Below are positions 8,265-16,400 of a stretch of DNA of 51,999 nucleotides, piece after piece. The notes under the pieces are model-generated. The model had not been told where the DNA came from. It ran no database searches and saw only the letters and a list, made by a program, of their open reading frames with translations. Both the position numbers and the translations under genes were made by a program. The first letter of the stretch is position 1. Each line of letters opens with the position of its first letter. The stretch comes from a virus (taxonomy: Duplodnaviria; Caudoviricetes), in the IMG/VR virus record IMGVR_UViG_3300031758_000112, positions 1 through 51,999 of that record; one strand, written 5' to 3'.

Positions 8265-8868
8265 GTGCTTTGTAAAGCGCGAGTTTTTGTACAACGACCA
8301 CAAGGGTCACGGCGAACTAGAGCCGGCCATTTGGGTCAGCTTAAAAGCTTTGCGCGGTCAAGTATTTCGCATCGAGTCTTTGTTGCCTGAGTACGGCGCG
8401 TTGTACGACAAGCTCCCGCTGCACGCTTACGTGTGGCACGACGAGACATCGACGTTGCCCACCTTGCCCATCGATGCTTTGCAATTGTGGGACTGCATGG
8501 GTTACCGTTTCACAATTGTTGAGAAGATCGGATTGCGTAACTTGGGCGTGAAGTTCTTGGGCAAAGACAAGCAGTGGCACTTTGGTCGATACATGTTCAC
8601 CGTCGACTTCTGCGCTGACGAGATGTCACTTGACACCGGGTTCACTGAGACGGCTGAAGAGCACAAGAGCTTTAACTTTATCCAACTAGACAACGGCCAG
8701 TTCGCTGCACAGCCAAACAACCGTTGCCTGTGGTACGACCAGTCTTTGATTCCTGCTGAAACAAAGTTCCCGGACTTTGAAGCAGCTCAAAAATTGTGGA
8801 CCGTAGACGGCACGCGCAAGTGGGCGGCCGGAGGCGATTGGTTTTATGACATACAGGAAAAAACGTAA
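8230..8868 (+). CDS. Conserved hypothetical phage protein (212 aa)
   Basis: Long ORF with an RBS. Aromatic-rich; LQLWDC and EEHKSFNFIQLDNGQFAAQPNNR motifs. Function unknown. Confidence 0.75.
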   Translation: MSYLIASLPPIKCFVKREFLYNDHKGHGELEPAIWVSLKALRGQVFRIESLLPEYGALYDKLPLHAYVWHDETSTLPTLPIDALQLWDCMGYRFTIVEKIGLRNLGVKFLGKDKQWHFGRYMFTVDFCADEMSLDTGFTETAEEHKSFNFIQLDNGQFAAQPNNRCLWYDQSLIPAETKFPDFEAAQKLWTVDGTRKWAAGGDWFYDIQEKT

Positions 8869-9113
8869 TGGCAAAAGTAACACTCATCATTGAAGACCAC
8901 GGCGACGAGGTCAAACTGCAAGGCACTGTTGAGCCTGAGATCACTGCGGACAAAGCGATATTCAGCACAGCTGAAATCATAGGCTTGTACTTGCAGCAGA
9001 ACATGGCCAACGTCATGGCTACTGCGGTCAAGTGGGCGCAGACGCCCGACCCAGTTGAAGAGGTGCCGGTCAAAGAACCGAGTCGCATCTTGTTGCCCGG
9101 GGCGCAGCTATGA
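8868..9113 (+). CDS. Hypothetical protein
   Basis: TAATG-coupled ORF within the operon. Confidence 0.65.
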   Translation: MAKVTLIIEDHGDEVKLQGTVEPEITADKAIFSTAEIIGLYLQQNMANVMATAVKWAQTPDPVEEVPVKEPSRILLPGAQL

Positions 9114-10282
9114 CCATTGAATTAGCACATGCCAAACTGTCCGCATCGGGCAGCGAGAAGTGGATGACCTGCACGCCAAGCGCGCGCATGGAAGAGCCGT
9201 TCCCAGACGAGGGCAGCGAGTTTGCCCGCGAAGGTACGTTTGCCCATGCAGTGTTTGAGCAGGAGTTGTTGACCTACCTTGGCCGCACCATCGAAGCCTT
9301 GCCGCCAGAGCTCGTGCATTTTGACAGCCCGGCTTTGCGCGACTACGTTAACGAGGCGGCTCAATACTGCATCAAGCGCATTGAAGCCGCGCGTAAGCGT
9401 TGCAAGGACCCGGTGTTCTACGTTGAGCGCAGGCTTGACTTCAGCCGCTGGGTGCCAGAAGGTTTTGGCACGGGTGACTTTGTCATCATCACCGACGACC
9501 TTGTTGAGGTGCTTGATTTGAAATACGGCAAGGGCGTCTACGTTGACGCAAAGAACAACAGCCAGATGCGCTTGTATGGCCTTGGTGCATACAACGAGTT
9601 GTCAGATTTGTACAACATACAAGAAGTGCGCATGACTGTATTGCAGCCACGCCTTGGCAACTACAGCAGCGAAGAACTTTTAATAGCTGATTTGCTCAAG
9701 TGGGCTGACGAAGCAGTTGTGCCGGCAGCCAAGCTGGCTTGGGATGGCGAGGGTACGTTTGTCCCCGGGCCACATTGCACAAGCAGCTTTTGCAAAGCTA
9801 GGTACACCTGCCCTGCACGCGCAGAGGGTGCGCTTGCTGTGGCCAGACAAGAGTTCAGTTCGCTGCCGCCGGCGGTGGACACATTGACATTGGACCGCAT
9901 CGCCGAGCTGCTGCCTAGCGCAGACGCTGTGATCGATTGGTTCACGGACCTGAAGGCGCATGCACTCAAGCAGGCCGAGAAGGGCACGACGGTTCCCGGC
10001 TACAAGCTGGTCGAGGGCCGGAGCAATCGCAAGTACAGCGACCAAGACGCCGTGGCCCAAGCGCTGCGGGCAGCCGAGGTCCCTGATGAAATTGCATACG
10101 AGCGCAGCTTGCTTGGCATCACTGCCATGGAGAAGGCGCTTGGCAAAAAGAAATTTGTCGACGTGCTGGGTGAGTTGATCACCAAGCCCGAAGGCAAACC
10201 AACGCTGGTACCCGAAGGGGACAAGAGGCCAGCAATCACATCGCGTGCAACTGCACTAGATGAATTTTCTAAACCAGTCTAA
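9110..10282 (+). CDS. DUF2800 Cas4/RecB-like PD-(D/E)xK exonuclease
   Basis: HAKLSASG, AREGTFAH, GFGTGDFVII, VLDLKYGKG, QMRLYGLG, a C-terminal Cys cluster (HC..FC..TC) and PGYKLVEGRSNRK. Confidence 0.88.
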   Translation: MTIELAHAKLSASGSEKWMTCTPSARMEEPFPDEGSEFAREGTFAHAVFEQELLTYLGRTIEALPPELVHFDSPALRDYVNEAAQYCIKRIEAARKRCKDPVFYVERRLDFSRWVPEGFGTGDFVIITDDLVEVLDLKYGKGVYVDAKNNSQMRLYGLGAYNELSDLYNIQEVRMTVLQPRLGNYSSEELLIADLLKWADEAVVPAAKLAWDGEGTFVPGPHCTSSFCKARYTCPARAEGALAVARQEFSSLPPAVDTLTLDRIAELLPSADAVIDWFTDLKAHALKQAEKGTTVPGYKLVEGRSNRKYSDQDAVAQALRAAEVPDEIAYERSLLGITAMEKALGKKKFVDVLGELITKPEGKPTLVPEGDKRPAITSRATALDEFSKPV

Positions 10283-10291
10283 AGGACCAAC

Positions 10292-10834
10292 ATGACTACC
10301 GACTACAAAGTTATCACAGGCAAAGTTCGCCTCTCTTTCACCAAGAACGTTTTCACACCTGATGAAAAGAATTCTTATTCGATCATGATCTTGGTTGACA
10401 AGAAAGACAAAGAGACGTTGGCCAAAGTCAACGGCGCTGTTGAGAAGTTCAAGACCGACCCGAAGGCAGTAACCATCTGGGGTTCCAAGTTCTTGGCCAG
10501 TTTCAAAACTCCTTTGCGTGACGGCGATACAGACCGTGACACCGAGAAGTACCCTGAGTACAAGGGCCACTACTTTATCAACGCCAACACTTACAACAAG
10601 CCAAGTGTGGTTGACGCAAAGATGAATGACATCATCGACAAGTCGGAGTTGTACAGTGGTTGCTACGGCCGTGTGTCTATCATGCCTGCGGCGTATAACG
10701 TCGACGGCAACAAGGGCATCAAGTTCTATTTGAACAACGTGCAGAAGCTGGCAGAGGGCGAGCCATTGGGCGGCGCCGGTGCATCTAATGCAGCCGACGA
10801 TTTCACTGCGGTCGAAGACGACTTCCTCAATTAA
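10292..10834 (+). CDS. DUF2815 single-stranded DNA-binding protein
   Basis: PLRDGD, YFINAN, ELYSGCYGR, GNKGI..LNNVQKL..GEPLGG and an acidic/aromatic tail (EDDFLN). Confidence 0.9.
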   Translation: MTTDYKVITGKVRLSFTKNVFTPDEKNSYSIMILVDKKDKETLAKVNGAVEKFKTDPKAVTIWGSKFLASFKTPLRDGDTDRDTEKYPEYKGHYFINANTYNKPSVVDAKMNDIIDKSELYSGCYGRVSIMPAAYNVDGNKGIKFYLNNVQKLAEGEPLGGAGASNAADDFTAVEDDFLN

Positions 10835-10840
10835 ATTTTA

Positions 10841-10909
10841 GGGGCCCAAAGCGGATGCTGCGTGACTCTGAAGTGAAGCGCATAGTAAGCAGTGCAGCGA
10901 GTAGGCCCC
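10841..10909 (+). ncRNA. Candidate structured intergenic RNA element
   Basis: Closing stem GGGGCC/GGCCCC, internal loop AAA/GAGTA, inner GCGGATGCTGC...GCAGTGCAGC. No U-tract. Confidence 0.35.
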
Positions 10910-10926
10910 GCCTTTGAAAGCACAAC

Positions 10927-11127
10927 ATGACCGAACAAACCAAACCCCCAGTCCTGTCAATCAAGATGGTTCCCGCCGGCGTTGAGCTGGTGTTGGAAGC
11001 TCTGGCAAAGCTGCCGCATGAGAAGGTGGCGGATCTCTTCATGGAGATTCGCGGCCAAGCACTGTTTCAAATGGACGAGTTGCAAAAGGTAACGAAACCA
11101 GATGACGCAGCAGACGCCCCTAACTAA
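10927..11127 (+). CDS. Hypothetical protein
   Basis: ORF between SSB and PolA. ELVLEALAKLPHEKVADL helix. Confidence 0.65.
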   Translation: MTEQTKPPVLSIKMVPAGVELVLEALAKLPHEKVADLFMEIRGQALFQMDELQKVTKPDDAADAPN

Positions 11128-11212
11128 CGAGGAGCTTTGGATCTTGGTGCTCCACTACGAGCGCCTGATCCAATTACTTCTGGAACAACTAGATGGCAAC
11201 CCTGCGGATTGA
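11102..11212 (+). CDS. Possible 36-aa ORF MTQQTPLTNEELWILVLHYERLIQLLLEQLDGNPAD (not in ORF track)
   Basis: Fills the gap before PolA and overlaps both neighbours. Weak RBS. Confidence 0.4.
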   Translation: MTQQTPLTNEELWILVLHYERLIQLLLEQLDGNPAD

Positions 11213-13208
11213 CCTTGAGACGTACAGCGATGTCGACTTGAAAAAGTGCGGCGTGCATAAGTACGTCGAGTCGGACAACTTCGAAGTGATGTTGTTTGGA
11301 TTTAAATGGAGCACCGGCCAAGTGTGCGTCATTGATCTGGCCCAAGGGCAGGCGTTGCCCGAGCACATCGTTGCCGCATTGGACGACCCCACGATTACCA
11401 AGACCGCATACAACGCGGCCTTTGAGATTGCGTGCTTGAGCAAACATTTCAAGCGCCAGCTGGACGTGACCCAGTGGCGTTGCACCAGCGTGCACGCGCT
11501 GTACCTTGGCCTGCCCGGCAGCCTTGGTGATGTAGGCAAAGTGTTAGGGCTTGGAGACGACAAGCAAAAGCTGGTATCGGGCTGGGCCCTGATCCGCTAC
11601 TTCTGCCTGCCATGCAAACCGACACTGAAGAACGGTGGCCGCACGCGCAACCTACCGCACCACGATCCAGACAAGTGGGCGCTGTTCAAAGAATACTGCG
11701 CGCGTGACGTTGACTCAGAGGATGAGATCGCGATGAAGATCGCAAAGTTTCCGGTGCCCGATCAGGAGTGGAAGTTGTGGCACCTTGACCAACGCATGAT
11801 GAACAGGGGTGTAAGGGTTGACCGCGAGTTGGTCAACGCAGCCATCGAGTGCGACGGCATATTTAAAGAGCGGATGACCACCGAGGCCATTACTCTCACA
11901 GGTTTAGATAACCCTAACTCTCGGGACCAATTGCTCAAGTGGTTGCAGACCGAAGAGGAGGACGACACGATCGTTGACCTGACCAAGAAGAACGTGCCCA
12001 AGGTTCTTGAATCTACAGACAGCGCGACGGTGCGACGCGTGCTGGAGCTGCGCCAAGAGATGGCCAAGACAAGCGTGTCTAAGTATCACGCCATGGCCCG
12101 GGCCATGTGCGACAAGGACGACGCGGTCAAAGGCTTGACCCAGTTCTATGGTGCGAACCGCACCGGCCGTTGGGCTGGTCGTTTGGTGCAGGTGCAGAAC
12201 CTACCGCACAACAAGCTGCGCGACATCGACTTGGCCCGTAACTTGTTGAAGGCCCGTGACTACGAAACCCTTGAGCTGTTGTTTGGCAATGTGCCTGACA
12301 CGCTGTCACAGCTCATCAGGACTGCGTTCGTTGCGCGGGAGGGGTGCAGATACATCATCGTCGACTTCAGCGCCATTGAGGCCCGTGTGATTGCTTGGAT
12401 GGCATGGTGTCAGTGGCGGCTTGATGTGTTTGCCACACACGGCAAAATCTACGAAGCGTCGGCTGAGCAAATGTTTAACTTGCCGGCCGGCAGCGTCACG
12501 AAGAAATCGCCGTACCGCCAGAAGGGCAAGATCTCTGAGTTGGCTTTGGGATACCAAGGCGGGGCCGGCGCACTCAAGACTATGGGCGCGTTGGAGATGG
12601 GGCTCACAGAGGATGAGCTTGAGCCAATCAAAGACGCATGGCGCGGGGCCAACCCTGAGATCGTTCAGCTTTGGTACGCGTGCGAGCGCTCGGCCAAGGA
12701 CGCGGTGCTGGGCAAGAAGTCTGTCACGCTTTTGCTTGCAGGCAAGAAAGCTGCGCTGGTGTTTGCGTACGAGTCAGGGTTCCTGACGATCCAATTGCCA
12801 AGCAAGCGCAAGCTGTTTTATGTGAAGCCGCGCATTGAGGCTGAAGACCTTGTGCGTGAGACCAGTGCCGGCGGCAAATTCATTGCGGCCAGAGCAGGGT
12901 CCTTGACGTATGAAGGTCAGGACCAGAAGACCAAGCAGTGGACGCGCCTGTCTACGTACGGTGGCAAGCTGGTGGAGAACATTACACAGGCAGTGGCCCG
13001 TGATTGTTTGGCCGAGTCGATGCTGGCGCTGGACGATGCAGGCTACACGCAGCTGGCCACGGTGCACGACGAGATCATCATGGAGATGAAAGGCGGCACG
13101 TTGAAAGAAGCCGAAAAGATTATGGGCGAAGCCATTGCATGGGCGCCCGGCTTACCGTTGCGAGGCGACGGCTTTGAAACCAAGTACTACATGAAGGAGA
13201 TTGACTGA
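11193..13208 (+). CDS. polA: Family A DNA polymerase with 3'-5' exonuclease domain (phage type, Leu762)
   Basis: Exo I IDLETY, AYNAAFE, EYCARDV. RTGRWAG. Motif A DFSAIEARV, motif B RQKGKISELALGY, motif C TVHDEI. Confidence 0.95.
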   Translation: MATLRIDLETYSDVDLKKCGVHKYVESDNFEVMLFGFKWSTGQVCVIDLAQGQALPEHIVAALDDPTITKTAYNAAFEIACLSKHFKRQLDVTQWRCTSVHALYLGLPGSLGDVGKVLGLGDDKQKLVSGWALIRYFCLPCKPTLKNGGRTRNLPHHDPDKWALFKEYCARDVDSEDEIAMKIAKFPVPDQEWKLWHLDQRMMNRGVRVDRELVNAAIECDGIFKERMTTEAITLTGLDNPNSRDQLLKWLQTEEEDDTIVDLTKKNVPKVLESTDSATVRRVLELRQEMAKTSVSKYHAMARAMCDKDDAVKGLTQFYGANRTGRWAGRLVQVQNLPHNKLRDIDLARNLLKARDYETLELLFGNVPDTLSQLIRTAFVAREGCRYIIVDFSAIEARVIAWMAWCQWRLDVFATHGKIYEASAEQMFNLPAGSVTKKSPYRQKGKISELALGYQGGAGALKTMGALEMGLTEDELEPIKDAWRGANPEIVQLWYACERSAKDAVLGKKSVTLLLAGKKAALVFAYESGFLTIQLPSKRKLFYVKPRIEAEDLVRETSAGGKFIAARAGSLTYEGQDQKTKQWTRLSTYGGKLVENITQAVARDCLAESMLALDDAGYTQLATVHDEIIMEMKGGTLKEAEKIMGEAIAWAPGLPLRGDGFETKYYMKEID

Positions 13209-13459
13209 TGACACAAGACACGAAAATCTGGAGCGAAGACTTTGTATTGGCCAACCCTAAATTGGCAGCCGATGCCATTGGTTGTCTCATTGAGTTGAAC
13301 GAGTACGCGCGCAACAATACGCTTGATGAGATCTCAAAGAAAATAGCCGCCATGCCCGGAGACACGGCGGCTGGTATTGCCATCTGGATTCGAGAACAGA
13401 AAACTATTTCCGCTTCTCGCCCTCAACAGTTAGACCTTCCTTTAGACGCTGCTTCTTGA
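13208..13459 (+). CDS. Hypothetical protein
   Basis: TGATG-coupled to polA. Overlaps the end of the convergent giant gene by 56 nt. Confidence 0.55.
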   Translation: MTQDTKIWSEDFVLANPKLAADAIGCLIELNEYARNNTLDEISKKIAAMPGDTAAGIAIWIREQKTISASRPQQLDLPLDAAS

Positions 13460-16400
13460 TCTGCTGAAGCTCGCGTTGTGCATCGGCGTTCTTCTCAGTG
13501 ATGGCGCCTTTGCCAGCAAGCCTGTCGATCTGACGCATCTCAGCTTCAAGATCGCGTATCAGTTTTTCTTGCTGCGCTTTGTTGATCTGTTCTGATAACT
13601 CCAGATCGATTGGTCTTGCTTTGATACCCATGGTCTGCATTGCTGCGTAGCCGGGTTGTACTGGCAGGCCGTCTTTGCCTGTGCCGGTGTAGCCCAAAAT
13701 GTCTTGGCCGGTCACGTTGGCAATCACATTGAGCGCGCGGTCCCAGTGGTAGTTGCCAATGGCAACGGCCGGTGCAAACTGCTGCCACAACCACTTGCCG
13801 CGTTTGGCTGCGGCCTCTGCGCTGGTGTCGTTCTTGTCAACAATGTCTTTGCCAAAGAACGGGTCCTTGTTCCAGATCATTGCGCCGACTGTGTTGAGTA
13901 TCGGGTTGCTTGGTGTGATCGGCTGCAAAAGCGGGACGCCGCCGGCGTTGGCGTTTGCGTCTAGCAAGTCGCCGCCCGGGAAGACCCGGCTTACGTCCAA
14001 GAACACGGGCAGGTTGGTCACGTCGTCCATGCCAAGGCGGATAGCCTTTGGTGTGGCCAGCGTGGCGCTGGCGCCCTTCATCCAAGGCGGTAGGTTTTCG
14101 CGCTCTTGCTTCTCTATCTCGCGCGCCTTGTTCCTAAATTCAGGGTCGGTTGCGTAGCGGCGGATGACGGTCCACCAGTCTTCGTCCTCACCACCGCCAA
14201 GGCTGGCAGCCATTGCGTACATGAAGGCGTTGACTGTGTACAGCGCAGCAGCCGGGGCAGCGTATCGCATTGGGTGCTCAAGCGCCGTGCGCGCCAGCAC
14301 TGGCACGACCTTGTATGTGTAGCTAAAGAACGGCAGCGCAAAGTCACGAGCCAGACGCGCGCCCTTGGGCAGGTCGTCGTAGGTAAAGATAAAGTTCTGT
14401 GACCAATCGACCGCGTCTTCTACGTCGACCCCGCGCTTGCGCGCGTCACGGTAAATCAAGTAGCGGAAGAACAAGTCTTCGGCTTCGTACGCTTTGCCGG
14501 CCGGCTTGCGCAAGAAGAATGACAGGGCGTTGAACACCCGGTCAACAGCCATACCTGCTTTGGACTCCGTCATCTGGGCCATGGCCTTGAGCTGTTCTGG
14601 CAGCTGGTCCATTAACTCAGAACGGTTGAACGTGCCGCCAAACAAGCCAGCCTCTTTGGCTTCGTCAACCATGGGGTCGCCCTTGATCAGATCGCGCACT
14701 GCGCCGCCGTACTTACCGGCATCCCAGTAAGACACGCCAGCAAAGTGAGCCATGGTCAAGTTAGACAAAACGTTGTTGGCATGCGATACGGGATTGAGAA
14801 CGGTCTTGCCCTCTTTCCACATCGACAAACCTTTGAGATACATCTTGAGCAAATCGTTTTGCATTGATGTGTCAAAGGTGCTGAGCTGGTCCATCACTTC
14901 TTTGGGCACCCACTTACCGGCGAGCTTGCCATAGCGGCGAACGTTTGCGGTGTCTTCAATTGTGGATGAGGGAACCTTGACGTAACCGGGTTTTTCTACG
15001 CGACTTGCGTATGATGTTGCAAGGTTTTCATACAGACGGCCAAGCGCCATGTCGCGTTGGGATTTGTTGTAGCCCATGACAAAGCGGAACATGGCATCTC
15101 GGATCTCGCCCATGTCGTCGCGCTCGGTGCGTGTGTAGTCGCGCCACATTGTCACGACGTCACTGGTCAGCGGGTCGAACGTAGGATCGCGCACTTCCCA
15201 GCCTTCGTCGAGCCAGTCTTGCACGTCAGCAACGGGCACGTTCTCAAACATACCGCGAGCCTTGAGGCTGTTGCCGGTGATGCCCTGCATTGTGCGGGTG
15301 CGGCCCATCAAACTCTTGGCCGCTTTCATCCATGCTTTTGTTTCGTCGCCAATCTTGGACTCATAGAAACGTGGCAAGTATTTGCCGTCCCAGCGGCCAG
15401 CTGCTTCCGGTGTCAGCATGCCCAAGCGCACCAGTTCTGCGGTCTGTTCGGACATGATTGATTGCATTGAAGCGGCCAAATCTAACACACGCTTGGGTGG
15501 CTTGACGCCGCGCTTGAGTTCGCCCTCGATCACATCGCTGATCATCTGGCGCTCTTGCTCTGGCAAGTCTTTGAGGTTCTTGGCCACGTCGACCGTGAGG
15601 GCCTGCGCCTTCTCAACTTCGGTCTTCATCTTGCGCAGCGCGCGGCTCAGCTCAGGGCTGACTGGCTTCATGCCAATTCTGTCTAGTACGTTGTTGGCCA
15701 CATCGGCCACCAGACGGTAGGCCTTGGCGCCTGCACCAAAGCGGAAGCGGCCGGTGGCATCGCGGCTGAGGATCCAACCCTCAGTCTGGCGATTGCTGAA
15801 CATCATGTCAGCTGGGTTTTCTTGGCGCCACTGCGAGGCGGCTAAGACAAAGGCGTCAAAATCTTTGTCGCCAAACTCATCTATCGTTTTGTAGCCAGCC
15901 TCTTCGGCCTTCTCTTGCAGAAAGACCTGTTGCTGCTTGGCGTCTTCCGAAAGCTCTCTTTGTTTTACCGAGTAGCTTGGCCCTTCAAACTGACCCCGGC
16001 CTCGGCCTTCGCCAACAGCGCGCGTTTCGTCGCCAATAGTTTGGCCTGTGCTTCGGCCTTCTGGGCCGGTGTTAAAACCACGGGTGGTTGCGTCGTAGAC
16101 CGCTTGGTTGATGCGCCCTGCTTCAAGTTCTTTGTCTGTTGCATTTTGAAATTTCTCCCTCAAACCTTCTCTACTGACCACTGGAATTTCTTCAAGTGGA
16201 ACTACGGCAAAGTTACCGTTGCCTCGGCTGTTGTCGACCGCGACAATGTCGAACAATGGGTTGTCTGCAAAATCTCCTTGCAGCTTGAGCACCGTTTCGT
16301 TTGATCCTGCGTGGCCTTTTACCAAAGCATCAAGCGCAACAGTGCGCCCGTTCTTTGGGTCCATGGCTCGCTTGAATACCCCGGCAACTAGAGAGTCGAC

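Noticed and set aside
10841-10909. tRNA or known self-cleaving ribozyme
   Set aside because: No cloverleaf or TTC loop, no hammerhead CTGATGA/GAAA core, and I could not build an HDV-like double pseudoknot.
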